Source: the human T2T-CHM13v2.0 reference genome, Homo sapiens. Taken from it: DNA of 64,000 nucleotides. The notes beneath the pieces were generated by a model. That model saw nothing but the letters and a program-made list of their open reading frames with translations. It did no database searches and had not been told where the DNA came from. The stretch lies in NCBI RefSeq assembly GCF_009914755.1, contig NC_060926.1. One strand, given 5' to 3'. The position numbers and the translations under genes are program-made. Of this stretch, positions 13,123 to 27,092 are shown piece by piece. Every line of letters starts with the position of its first letter. Position 1 is the first letter of the stretch.

Positions 13123-14741
13123 ATCTGTCAGAGTTGAGTATTTGTTGGAATTCTTACAACTTCCAAAACAAGTACCCTCTCGCCAATCAGTAATACAACC
13201 CAATGCATACAGAACATCATTTTAAGGCAGACAGGGCCACCACATACAGCCTGTGATCTAAGCAATTTTTAAGAGGACTTTGTTTCTCAGCAACTTCAGT
13301 GTCGGCAGGCTCCCCTAAGTGTTGTCTCACTCAGCTGGATGGCATGTGAACCACAAAATGAAGTGCAGCAGCTTTGCAGGTTGACTTCTGCAAGAAGTGT
13401 GAAGAAATATCCGTGGATTTGCAAGAAGTGTTAAAAATATCGCAATCGGAATATTGTCAATCACTTCTAAATAGATACTTTCTCAGGAAACATGTTTCCT
13501 TTCTTGTTTCTCACTCTCTCTTGTGGCTGGGCAAATGTATAGTAGTTTAAGGTGTTGCAAGAGGCAAACTCCACTTAAACCTCTTTATTTCCCTAGCTGA
13601 GACTTTGAAGAATAGACCATAAGGAGCTTGGGGAGTTATGTGCTATTTAGTTTTCTTCCTGACATCTTCCTTTTGACTTACTGCAGATTTTTTTTTTCTC
13701 ATGCCAATATATTTTTGTATGTTGGATCTCACTGAGGACAAACAAGAAACAGGCTGTGCTAATAGAACCAAGCTAGGGGATATTTCAATTCAGTGTTCAG
13801 CTAATAGATTTAGCATAATTTATCATAGGCATAATGTACCTCCGATTGTATATAAATAAAATTAGTCCTTATGTTGAAAAAAAACTGTTATAGTATATGT
13901 GTACCTTGCATGGAAGCTAAGAACCCAGTTTCACAAATGCTGTCTCACCCCAATGACACATTATATTGAAAAATCCAAATACCAAGCCATGACATTCAAG
14001 TAATTTTCATGAATTTAAATATGCTGATCAATTACTCAAAAAATATTCCAGAGGAAGACTATGGGGTTCTGTTTGATTATAAAGTGTCAGAAATATGGAT
14101 CTTTAAGAAACAAAAATCACCCCTCAATTGCAACAATAAATCTGAAAGTCTATGGCAGAATAATTTGCAGAAAACTTAATTGGGCTTCCATCTCTTCCTT
14201 CTCTTCCACAACATAGACCCAAATAGGTAATGTGCAGTTTTACTGTTTCCTAAATGTAAATTCCATACTCAGATTCTGTTTTTTTTTTTCCTGTCTTAAG
14301 ATGAGGATTTGAAGTTGGCCAAAGTGTTAATCTTCTAGATCCTTTCCTTCACCAGCAAGAATCTGACTGTAGCTGACCCTTCATGAATGCTGCCTGATTT
14401 CATCCACCATCACATTCTCTATCAGTAGGCTGCAATTTATGAGTTGTTCATAGAAAAGTGAAGGAGATTAAACAAAAATCCTACTGATCATCCTGGCTAC
14501 TTCCAATTAGGCTGTCTCCAAATTGTGCTTCATTGGGGCCCAGAAGAGGAAATCAACTATACAATCAGATATTTGGGTGTGATAGTCACAGGAGCAAAGC
14601 ATTTCCTCTAAAACACAAAATCTGATTGTGCAATTCCCTGCTTAAATTCTTTCATTAGCATCATCACCCCTGTTTTCTTCCCAAACCCTATTATGGTATG
14701 GTTTCTAGTTAGTTTCAGTATCTAAATCTAGATTCTTCTGA

Positions 14742-14872
14742 GGCAGTGGTGCTATCATATCATATCATATCATATCATATCCTTGAAACCTGGAACTCCT
14801 GGGCTCAAGGGATCCTCCGGCCTCAGCCAACCTAATAGCTGGGATTACAGGAGTGAGCCACATTGCCTGGGT
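14742..14872 (-). mobile_element. Alu monomer fragment (FRAM/FAM/AluJ-like) containing a (CATAT)n microsatellite, lying within an L2 relic (~14600-15270)
   Basis: gcagtggtgctatcata...cctggaactcctgggctcaagggatcctccggcctcagcc...gggattacaggagtgagcca. Confidence 0.75.
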
Positions 14873-16496
14873 CAGTATCTCAATTCTTGCTGAGCTTTGC
14901 CTGAAACTCTGCTCCTGGCACACCAATTTCTACAGGCTCCTTCACAATTTCACACCTGTTTCGTCTACCTCCCTGTTCCTCAGCCCTAAATACTGGTCAC
15001 CCTGATCTTCTCCTGTCCATGTTCCTAAACTTCCAGTTCAGCAATCATGCTTGACTTTCCTGAGCACCTTTTATCTCCAGGTAAAGGTGACCCTTCTTCC
15101 TTGTGCCCTAATTGCTGTTTTTGATCAGTGATCATTGAGCCACTTAATTTGTAAATTTCTTGAAAATAGGGACACATTCTTAATCATCTTATCCATCTCC
15201 GTACTTCCAACTCTTGTAACAGTGCCTAACACATTAGAGGTAGTGAATAAATATTTCTATAAACACTGTTCCAATGAAGGAATAAGCAAAGAAGCAGTTC
15301 ATCTATAGAAAGCAGAGATTACGTGAGTGTATCTAGAGACAGCCTTTTGCATGAGTGTAATAAGGAACTGTCTCCTTTACTTACACGGTATGATTTTAAT
15401 AGTCTTGATAAAAGTTTATCTGCATAAAAGTTATCTTCTTATATTTTATTTCAATAATCTTTCCTTTTTGTAAAGGCATTAGTTTCAATCATTAAAATGC
15501 ACAAAATAAATAATAAGACAGTGCTAAAAATGGGGGAAAGTACTGAATAATGGTTCAGGCAACAGGGCAAACAGACCTTGCGTGTACCCACCAATAATGT
15601 AATAATAATAACAATAATGACATCTAGAAGACTTTAAAGACAGTGACAGGAAACTCAACAGGTGTTGTAATTAGGTCAACATCAAAGTAGTTAAGTTCAC
15701 TTACACTGCCAAAAGTATCAGTTTTATATGTCTGGAATTCTAAAGCCCTAAGGGGTCAAGGAATATGGCCTTACGCCCAGGGCAGGTGGGAGACTGAAAC
15801 TGATTTGGAGCTGTTTAAGGATGGCCCGAGTTTATAAAACAGAACATAGATGAATCTGGCCAACAAGTAGAAGATGACAAAGAAGCTTGTCATCTACCTC
15901 ACTGTTTGTGAAGAAGCAATTTCTCATGAGAAACTTTAACTCCCTGTCTGCCGTTGTGCATGGAAGTGAGATCTGGATTTGCTCTATACCAGCCAAAGCT
16001 AAGAATATAATATAGATATGAGTCCAAGATTCACAAAACCCTGGGACTCTAGCAAAAGCAACTTAAAACTACTCTACAGGGACATTTACACAATCCAGGG
16101 CACATGGCACTCAAAGAGTAAACAACTCCAACCAAAAATGACTTCTAACAAAAATTACATTCCCCTCGAGGAAGTAAGTCACAATAAGAGAGAGTCAGAA
16201 GATGCAAAAGATGAGAAAAATGGTGCCCCAAGGACAATAAACAATAAAACTGATATTTCACATTTTTGAGATTCAACGACATTGAATCACATAGATACGA
16301 CTAGGACTTTCATTGAAGAAAAACTTGCTGTGAAGTTGAAGATGAAGTTACTGTGATACATAACATGCCCCAGTGATTTCACAAGGCTTGGCTTATCAGA
16401 GGTTTGTTTGATTCAAGGGAAATTGAGAAGGTATGTGTTTCAAAGGAATAGGTCAGAAAGCTTTTGCAGCAAAAGTGCCTACTTATGATGACCTCT

Positions 16497-16745
16497 ATGG
16501 GAGTCTGTTCAGGCTGCTATAACAAAATAGCTTACACTGGGTGGCTTATAAACAAGGGAATTTATTTCTCACAGTTCTGGAGGCTGGGAAATCTAAGATC
16601 AAAGGTCTGGCAAGTTCAATATCTGATACAAGATGACTTCCTGGTTCACAGCACATTCTTACTGTGTCCTCACATGATGGGAAGGACTATCTGGGGCCTC
16701 TTTTATAAGGGCACTAATCCCATTCATGAGAGCACTGCAATAGCA
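16497..16745 (-). mobile_element. MLT1A/MST-like MaLR LTR, internally deleted
   Basis: gtctgttcaggctgctataacaaaata...ctgggtggcttataaac...tttatttctcacagttctggaggctgggaa...ttttataagggcactaatcccattcatgag. Confidence 0.8.
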
Positions 16746-17040
16746 ACCTCAAAGACATTTTACAATAGTGGCTGCATGATATTGGAATAAGTGGAACTTC
16801 TTAGTGCCCATATTTACTTTTGCCTCCTCAGCCCTGGATTAACTGGATATGGCTTCAGTTTGACTCTTCACATACACATTTACTCAGACTACCAAGTTTT
16901 TATTGATTGATTTCCACGTGGCTGAGTGGTGCCCCAGCCCTTGACCTCTCTAAAATAATTGTTCTGGGTCTATATTCCCTTTGCTTTGCTGTCTTCTATG
17001 AGTTTATGTCTGCAGGGTAAGATAGGAGGCTATATATATA

Positions 17041-17350
17041 TTTTTTTAAATTTAATTTTATGTTTTGAAACAAAGTCTCACTGTGTCACTCAGGCTGGAA
17101 TACAGTGGCACAATCATGGCTCACAGCAGCCTCAACCTCCTGGGCTCAAATGATCCTCCTGCTTCAGCCCCCTGTGTAACACACACCGCCACACCTGGCT
17201 AATTTTTGTAATTTTTAGTAGAGATAAGGTTTCACCATGTTACCCAGGCTGCTCTTGAACTCCTGACCAGCCTGAGCAAGACTCAAGTGATCCTCCCACT
17301 TTGGCGTCCCAAAGTGCTGGGATTACAGGAGTGAGCCACCGTGAGTGGCC
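17041..17350 (-). mobile_element. AluJ
   Basis: Dimeric Alu with J-type features (cacaatcatggctcacagcagcctcaacctcctgggctcaa); ends gagccaccgtgagtggcc. Confidence 0.92.
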
Positions 17351-17609
17351 AAGGGACAAGAAGATTTATAAACATCTTTTGCTTAAAGTTACTTCTAAAG
17401 AAAATCCATGTTCCATAGAAAAGTGGATATCAAAACACAGGTAAATACTATTTCCTAATAGCAACAGCCAAGAGATGGTTCAGGAACATCATTATGTGTA
17501 ATCACAACATGCCCAGAGTAGTCTAGATAATCTGACAATTTTTGCCTTACCACACATGGCTCTGATCTCAGGCACCTTTTATATTTAGAGAGTCAGCTGC
17601 TTTATCCCA

Positions 17610-17765
17610 ATTTTTTCTTTTCTTTTCTTTTCTGTTCTCTCCTTTCCTTTCCTTTCCTTTGTTTCTTCTCTTCTCCCTCCCCTCTCCTCCCCATCCCCTC
17701 CCCTCCCTTCCCTTCCCTTCCCTTTCCTTCCCTTTTCTTCCCTTCTCTTTCTTTTTTTTTTCTTT
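17610..17765. repeat. Polypyrimidine compound microsatellite (CTTTT/CCTTT/CCCTT), derived from an Alu tail
   Basis: Almost pure C/T tract adjoining the Alu-type element that follows. Confidence 0.9.
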
Positions 17766-18023
17766 AAGAGAAGCAGTTTCTCTATGTTGCCCAGGCTGGA
17801 CTTGAACTTCTGGGCTCAAGTGATCCTCCCACTTCAGCCTCCCAAGTAGCTGGGACTATAGGTGCACACCACCGTGCCTGACTAGTTTTTTTGTGTGTGT
17901 TTATTGAAGAGATGGGGTTCCACCATGTTGCCCAGGCTGGTCTCGAACTCCTGAGCTCAAGCTATCCTCCCACCTTGGCTTCTTGAGTAGCTGAAACTAC
18001 AGGTGTGTGCCACCACACCCACC
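17766..18023 (-). mobile_element. Two tandem FLAM-type Alu monomers
   Basis: Both halves run gttgcccaggctgg directly into (t/c)ttgaac/tctcgaac, without the right-arm agtgcagtggc...ctcactgca insertion. Confidence 0.8.
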
Positions 18024-19624
18024 TTTGACATTTTTAAAGGAAATTACTCAAACTTATCTAAAAAGAAGAGATAAACTGAGAGGTTATTAATATTCTTTCT
18101 TTTCATGGAAAAAATCCCTTGTATGTGAATTATAAATAGAATTAAACTACTGCCAGTTATTTTTTTAATGTGCATTGCTTGATACAAATCATTTGTAAAA
18201 TCATTATTAGCATACATCATTAGGAAGGCATTTTATTATTCCCAATCATAATTCTTTTTTTTTAATAATCTGCTGAGAGTCACAATTCAGATCCTGGAGA
18301 TTAGGCATGAGAAGTTGGGGGTTGGTATGAACTTTGTGGAGGACACTTAAGTTGCTCCTCCCCAGTTTCTGCTTCCAGACTTGAGAATGGGGAGTCCACT
18401 TCTCTCTATAGATACCATAACCAGTTCAAAAAGGAACAATGCACTGTGCTGAAGGGATCTTCTTTCACTAGAATAAGAATTCCAAAAGACTAATACCCCA
18501 GACACTTTATATTACTGTTTACTGCATTTAGTCTTCAGAATATTATTTTTTTTTTCCTGCATGGTACCCAACAATGTCATGTTAGTGTGTATTTTCTTCC
18601 ATATGTTTTTTAGTTTCTTTGGAAACCTTCTAGATGCTGTTTTGTTTAGAGTGTTTTGTAGGAAAGGAATTTACACCATTTATAATAGTTAGAACAAGAA
18701 ATGTTTATATGATGTGAATGAATTCTCTAGAGAGAATTTTACATAACTGCTTCATTTTAATTTCGTACCTTGACTCACTTTTTTCCTCATTTTTTTATTA
18801 TAGACAGGATAAAATGCTAGTGAAAGATCAAAAGCTAATTAAAAGTAATCAAGAAATTTTCTTTCTTTACATTTATTTCTAACAGCAATTTAGGCTCATA
18901 TCATTTGTAACTTTTTGAAAATCAATGTTTAGCAAATTATTACCCTGATTCTCATTTAGGGTTTAACGATTTCCTTATAGATATTGTTATATGGGAGTTT
19001 ATGTGTGTTACTGAAGGCAACCCTAATACAATTAACAACTAAGATGCACTGAATATTCTGTATTATGAAACATCAACTACATTAAATCTATAGTTTAACT
19101 TAACCCTCACTGTAACACTAAGAAACAAGTATTGTCATTCCATTTTATAGGAGCTATTTGCATTTTGGATTGCTAATTTCATTTACTCAACAAGATGTTG
19201 ACCACAAAATATACCCCAGGCACTGTGCTAGACTTTAGAAGTTTAAATAAAAATAAGTAAAAATCTTACACTTAAGATTCTCAGTTTATTGGCATAGAAA
19301 CAAAATACAATTTAAGCATTCTAGTATAAATTTCTTTGTAAACAACTATTGGGCTTAGTAACACAGCAATTTATACCATTTTATCTATTGCTTCAACCAA
19401 CATTAATGATCCTTACATGCAATGGTTTTCAATCATGTAGGTCATGTACCTCAGCTCAGAAAAAAAGCACATCCTCATCTCCAGAATACGCATGTCTGTC
19501 TGTAACTAGCACAGTTGCACACGCATTGCAAGGAGACTTGAGGACCCCTAGAATGTCATCTGCACAATTCTGCTCACATTTTCTCCCATTTCTAATTCAT
19601 TATCTTTATTTCTCTTGGAGTTTT

Positions 19625-20520
19625 TTTCATGAAAATCTGATCATGCCACTTCCTTTCATAAACACTGCAAAGGCTGTTGAGGCCTATAGGGTAAAAATAT
19701 AAGCTCATAACCATGGTGTATAGAGGGATTCATGATCTGAATACAACTCACCTTTGCAGCCTCATCCTCTATCCCCATCTTTCCACTTATGCCATCCCAC
19801 ATTTGCTATGCCTATTATTTTTTGGGAAATTTTTATAGCGATTGCATCCTTTTTTTTTTTTTTTTTTTTTTTTTCATAAAATGCCTTGCCTACAACCCTA
19901 GTCTCTTTACTGAACTATTTACTCCTACTGAGCCCTCAGGGAATAGTTCAAAGATCACCCCTCTGGCCTTTCAAGAGAGTTAATGTTCCCTGCTCCTGAT
20001 TGGCTCACTTTCATTATAGTACACTCAGTTCTCCATATCCATGGGTTCTGTATCCGTGGGTTCAACCAACCACAGACAGAGGGAAAATATTTTTTTAAAA
20101 AATGGATGGTTGCATCTGTACTAAACATATAGAGACTTTTTTCTTGTCATTATTCTCTAAATAATACAGTATAATAGCTATTTACATAGTATTTACATTT
20201 TATTATGTATTATAAGTAATCTAGAGACGATTTAAAGTACACAAGAATGTGTGTAGATTATATGCAAATACGATACCATTTCATATCAGAGACTTGGGCA
20301 TCTGTGGATTTCAGTTTCCGCGGCGGGGGCGGGGGTCTGAAACCAATCCTCTATGGATATCGTGGAACAACTGTATTTGTAATTTTGTCTTGTAATCATT
20401 CCTGAATCAGTGATCCAGAGCTGCTTTTGATCAGAGACTATGCCTGTTGATATCTGCATTTCAATTATGTATTCTAACACCCGGCACATAGAAAAAACAC
20501 AGACATATTTATTTAATTTA
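19625..20520 (+). mobile_element. L2 3' fragment interrupted by MER2
   Basis: aaaatctgatcatgccacttcc...aaaatataagctc...; resumes after 20375 and ends tctaacacccggcacatag. Confidence 0.6.
20026..20373. mobile_element. MER2 (TcMar-Tigger non-autonomous DNA transposon)
   Basis: TIR-like ends cagttctccatatccatgg...tatggatatcgtggaacaactg followed by TA; ~350 bp; internal sequence typical of MER2. Confidence 0.88.
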
Positions 20521-20729
20521 TTGATATAGGCAAAATATTCTTTATCTGGAAAGCAACTTCAAAGTTTTGCTTTTCCTCCCAAATACGCAACTCTTCATAC
20601 TACTTCCAAGAAGTAATGCCTGATCTCTCAGAAAGTTAATATTTTGTGATAAAAATTCCGAACACCTGTGCAGGCTGTGTTTGATCAGATGACCTTGTGC
20701 TGTCTGGACTCAGGATAACTGCTCACAGA

Positions 20730-20985
20730 CTTAAAAGTAAGGTATGTTGAGCTAAAGAAGCCAGAGAAATAGACTTTCATGGTATGATTTGTATAAATAA
20801 ATTTGAAAACAGGCAAAACTAATCTATGGTGATAGAGGTCAGAATAGTGGTTATCTCTGGGGGACAATGATCTCTGGTAAGGGGCTTGAGTGCGCTTTCT
20901 TGGATATTGGAAATGTTTTATAACTTGATTGAGGTGACTGTTAAATGGATGAAAACATATGTAAACATTCCCTGAGCTACTAATG
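20730..20985 (+). mobile_element. L1ME/MB 3' UTR fragment
   Basis: aaaacaggcaaaactaatctatggtgatagaggtcagaatagtggttatctctggg motif. Confidence 0.75.
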
Positions 20986-21216
20986 AAATACTATTAGAAC
21001 TATAACTACTACTAATTTTTTTTATAAGTAAAGCTGGCTCTGAGACTTTCACTATGATATACATCAGCAAGACCATCATTCTGATTCAGCTCTAGAATGA
21101 GGAAGTGGCTAGTGGGCTTTTAAAAGGCTTGAAATCCATTTTTGCAAAATTTGAGGCCCACCGAAGACCCACTGAAGTTCACCCATGGCCCATGCACTAT
21201 TAATTTTTATAGATGC

Positions 21217-21791
21217 TGTGATGGTTTAAAAGATGTTCTCATATCCAATTCTTTGAAAGGCCATCTCTGAAGAATAAGGTCTAATTTACCTCTACTTAAG
21301 TGGGGGCTGCACTTTGTGACTTGCTTTTTTTATTTAATAGATAAAAGCTAGTGAGAAATGATGAAGTGCAACTTGGGAGACTGTGAGGTACTGAGGATTA
21401 TGTTTCATTCACTCTCTCTTGGATCACTGGTAGTGGAGAAAGTTAGCTGCCCTGTCATGAAGACCCCTAATGGAGAGGGCCACATGGTGAGGTACTGAGT
21501 CCTCCAGCAGCCAGTTGTAAATCAACAAAGCAGTCTTCCTTAGACCATGTGGTTGTGAAACCATGTGACTGAGCTTGCGAGCAGATTTCCCAGCCCAGAT
21601 GCTGCCTTCAGCTGTCTGCCGCCCTAGTCAATATCTCTACCATAACCTTACTGGAGAGCCTAAGCCAGAGCCACCTAATTAACCAGCCCTGGATTCTTGA
21701 CTCTGGAAACTACGTAAGATAATAAATGTTTCTTCTTTTCAACTATCAAGTTTTGGGATAATTTGTTATGCATCAGTAGATGTTTAATACA
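21217..21791 (+). mobile_element. MLT1F-like MaLR LTR inserted into a MIR
   Basis: TG...CA ends; atggagagggccacatggtgagg, ccagagccacc, polyA signal aataaa and ttttgggataatttgttatgca...taataca; MIR continues at 21792-21875. Confidence 0.82.
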
Positions 21792-23679
21792 TATGGAAAA
21801 TTAAGACCCAGAGAGGTTAAGTCACTTGGGTGGGATCACACATAGAGTCATACTTGAGATTAGAATCCAGATTCCTCTCCTATAATGCCTCACTCCTAAA
21901 ACTGTTGTAAATTTTAGAAGAGATATATTTGTAAAGCATTAGAAAAGTTTTAATACGTAGTGAGTTGTCAATAATGTTAGATTTTAACTTACTATTTATC
22001 CTTCAGAATTGACCTCTACTAATTACAACCCAATATGAAATAAATATTAGAGTTTATATCTTCAACTCTAGTCTCGTCATTAAGTATGTTTCATAAAAAA
22101 ATGAATAAAGAGATCTTCCATCCAGTGTTCAAAAGCCTGAGACTATCCACTTTATAGGAGAGCTGATTGAAAACACAAAGCACCTCTGGCAGAGAGGTTG
22201 GCATTACACTCTCTGTCGACGCTCAAAAGCTTCAGGAAGAGTTTACCATCTCAGAGGAATGAGAACAGGTATCATAGTCAGAGGGCATATATCACCTTGG
22301 GAGGTAGAGAAACAGGGTTTGAGGAAGCTCTCAAAAAAGAAAGGCTTGTCCTTTTCTTTGTTATGGAAATTGTAAGGAGTTGAAGGATAGAGCTCCAGAA
22401 TATTGCCATTGAACAAATAGTAAAAGAATAGAATTAGGTACTGGCTAACCCATGGGGCATCAGTGGCACTTTCATTTCTTTTATATTCTTTAATTTGTTA
22501 TTGAAAATGAATCTATTCTTATTTAATTTGAGAAGGTGGAAGTTTAGGAGTGGATATTTAATTGTTTTACAGTGTGAGAGTATGTACACATTTGTGTGTA
22601 TGTGCATTTATAGAACCTTGTCTCAACCTACAAATAACTGAATTCAGAAAGATCACAATCTGTGTGAAATTGCTGGTCTACTTCTACTCCTCAGACCTTC
22701 AGTAAGTTCACAGAGAGAGAAAAAGATGAAAAAGTGTCTTTTGATGTACAACAAACTCTTCTTCCCTTCCAGGTAGCTTTGATTTGGATTTGGGTTCAAA
22801 AGAGGGAATGGTGGGGAGAAAAAGGGAAGGGAAGGAAAAGAGAGAGAGACGTTGGAAGGGAATACAAAGAAACGACATATTAGAGCAAATTGTAATAATA
22901 CATATCTCAATTGTAGAACTTTATTGAGAATACCAAGCTCATTTGACATAAGGCAGGCATACATTTTAGAAATCTCTTTCATCTAATATATATTATCCAA
23001 ATTAAAATGTGCTTTTTTAAATTCCCATGGACTTTATTCTTAAGACACAGAAATAAACAATAAAGATAACAAATACACCTTAATAGCAAATCCACTTAAG
23101 ACATATTCTTATACTCCAATTTTATTTTATATTTTATGATATTTTCTAAACAACCCCTGTGGCAGTTCGAATTATTGTTCCACTTTTTAAGACTTCAAAA
23201 TTTCAGAAGGTTTAAAAAGAGATTAACTATTTGTAGCCTACATATGAACACAACTTCCTTCTCTGTATGACAACATTAAATGTGTGTGTGCGTTCTTCAC
23301 ATACAGCCTAAGTTGTTCCTATCATCTAGTTCACATTTGGTGAACAAAGCTGAGTAGAGACAAGTAGAGACCCTACCACCAGCTGATCTGCTACCAAAAG
23401 ATCAGCAACTTAGACTATAGAAATAATTTACAAGAGACAATTTTAAAATCCCATAAAGCTAAGCAATGTAGGGCTTTGCGGGGGAGGTCATTTCTAGTTG
23501 CTTAATGGCTTATCTTCAAACATTGTCCTCAGTGGGGTGCCCTGCTATCTTGGATCTGAAATAAATATGCTCTAGCCAATTTCTTGAGTATTTGTGTTGC
23601 AAGGAGCATTTGACCAAAGATCCCATCTTCAGGCATCCCTCAGGCTAAAAAAAAAAAGCCACAGAACAAACCGTTAACA

Positions 23680-24560
23680 TTTTTCTTCAATTGTCAAATA
23701 GTTTATATACAGAATATATTTTTTAAAATTTAATAAACCAGCAGCAAAAAGGCTATAACAAAAAAAGAAGAAAAATAAAGAGAGATCTGAACACTGGACC
23801 AGGCATTGCATGTAAGAAAGTATTAAAATTGGAAATAAATATATTAAAAGGGATTTGACTTTTTTGGTTATCAGTGTGATAAAAATTAAAATCCCATGAG
23901 ATATCATAATATGCAAACTACAATGGCTGACTTCTTAGAACAGTTGAAAATACCAAGTATTAGTGAAGATGCAAAGACATAGGAATTCTCATAAGATATA
24001 AGTAGAAATGTAAATGGAAAAAAATCCTCTTGAAATTGTCTTTCAGTGTCTCCTAGAATTAAATATGTATTTATCTGTGACCAGTGACTTCATTTCTAAG
24101 TTTACGTAGAGACAATATGTCAATATTTCAATGTGTCAATATGTCATCTGTGACAAGCATGAGAATTTTGAGGACAATACTAAAAATTAGAAATATTCCA
24201 AATGTTCATTAACATTATAAATATCCATTTAAAATAAAATACTATATAGCAATGAAAAAGCATAAAGTACTGCTTGTGCTATAGATTTCACAAGTATAAT
24301 ATTTTGTGAAAGAAACTAAATACAAAATAGGACATAGCTGCATAAATTTCCACATTTGTAGAAATTTCAAAGACATGCAAAACTAATCTCTAGTATGAAA
24401 AACCAGAAAAATGACTACCTCTGAGTTGGAAGGAGAGAGAGCAGGAGAGTTGCTTCTGTTTTTTATCTTAGCGGTGGCCATATGGGTATATTTACTTTGT
24501 TATAACTCACCTAGCTATATGCTTGTAATTTGTGCACTATTCTATACTTCAAAGTTCAAA
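23680..24560 (+). mobile_element. Old L1M (ME/MD-like) ORF2 end and 3' UTR fragment
   Basis: aaaattaaaatcccatgagatatca, ataccaagtattagtgaagatg, ccaaatgttcattaac, catgcaaaactaatct motifs. Confidence 0.7.
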
Positions 24561-24594
24561 ACTCAGTGGACAATGACAATGATTACAGTGATAG

Positions 24595-24835
24595 TAACTA
24601 CCATTTTTGAATGTTTCATGCCTGTCCATTACAATAAATACAATGAATTAGTAAATTCTTATAATAATTTTGCTAGAAACATATTATTACTCCCTTTTGT
24701 AAATAAAGATACTGAGAGTCAGAAAAAAAAAGATGTAACTGAGAATCAGAGGTAACAGTTCAGATCTCCCAGAGCTGAAAATTGGCAGGACCAGAATTCT
24801 AACACAGGTTTACCTGAGTCCAAATCCTATCATTT
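24595..24835 (-). mobile_element. MIR
   Basis: attattactcccttttgtaaataaagatactgag...ggcaggaccagaattctaacacaggtttacctgagtcca. Confidence 0.6.
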
Positions 24836-25369
24836 TTCCTTCCCGGCCTCATTGTTAATAGACATGAATTTAGTTTCTAGTGCATCCAATAGAGCTTCTA
24901 AATTGATAAAAGATCAAGCTATAAACTATATAAAACCATAACATCCTTTACTTTACTGTAGTATAGAAAAACAAAATGCACCTGGGTGTTTTATGAGGGA
25001 AGTTATTCCACCTGAAGGAGAATATGTTTGCATGGCAGCATTCTTTACAGAGCCCTCCTGCCTTCTCATCAGATGGCTGACCCCACCTGACCTGCTAATC
25101 AGCAGGGACCTACATCCTCTAGAGATGTTAAGCCATATAAGATATTGGTTCAGACCCGTTGGATTAATGCTTAGTCAGGCTGTCTTCTGGGCTCAGATTT
25201 TCTCCCAATTCATGTTTCCCTTTGTGGATGTTGGCTCCATGCTCTGTAGTTCACTTCCCTTGCTTCCTCACAACCATCCCAGGCTCTGGAAATCTTCCTT
25301 TGACTTTTCTGGGAGAGGATTTTGGACTAGAACTAGTAATAGTATTCATATGCTACTACTAGTATTTGT

Positions 25370-25416
25370 GGTTACTTTTAATGGCAAAAACCACAATTAC
25401 TTTTGCACTAATGTAG
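25370..25416. mobile_element. MADE1 (Hsmar1 MITE) half element
   Basis: ttacttttaatggcaaaaaccacaattacttttgcac matches the MADE1 right arm. Confidence 0.75.
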
Positions 25417-25589
25417 TACGAAGACTTATAGGAAGAAATTGCTTATTAAACGTAGGGTGCCTGACTGAAATGAGCCCATAAAGGAACTTGGAGGTAAAAG
25501 TGATGAACTCTCCTAAGAAGCAATTGTCCTTACTTTAATCAGCATTCACTGTGTTAAAATTCCACCCTAGGTTGATAGCACATTTCTGA

Positions 25590-25986
<397 letters not shown>

Positions 25987-26513
25987 GCCGCTTGGCGTTT
26001 TAAACCTCAGTTTCCTCATATATAGAGTGAGGGTAAGGATGTCTAATTTTTTGCCTCTGTAACAATTTAATGTCTAATTCTTATCTCTGTAACAATTTAA
26101 TGAGATAAAGCATGTAAACATGCTTTGGAGTATTTTATGTTTTCATGAGTCAATTCAACATGATCTGTCAAAAGAGGTTGATTGCACTTTCTCCTAGCCA
26201 ACAGATTTCTAGTGAAGTGTACCTTGATTGTATCTGAGGCTGAGCATTTTCTTTTAAAAAGAGCTTTGTAAAAATGGCAATATTCTTTATCCTTTACTTA
26301 ACAGCGGTAATTGAAACAGAGTTTCATGATCCATTGAAACTCTGAAAATGATCAGCTTATTCTGTGGGTGTTATAGTTGTGAGTTGAGTTCCAGTTAGAT
26401 TTTATAATATATAGAATAATATTAGTATTACTATCATACCTGCCATTCATGGACTTTATCACTATTCTTATTTATTTCTCAAAACGATCCTAGGAGGTGC
26501 TTTTTAATATTTA

Positions 26514-27092
<579 letters not shown>

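Noticed and set aside
24993-25481. 162-aa ORF
   Set aside because: No recognisable domain; it runs through a MADE1 fragment (VTFNGKNHNYFCTN).
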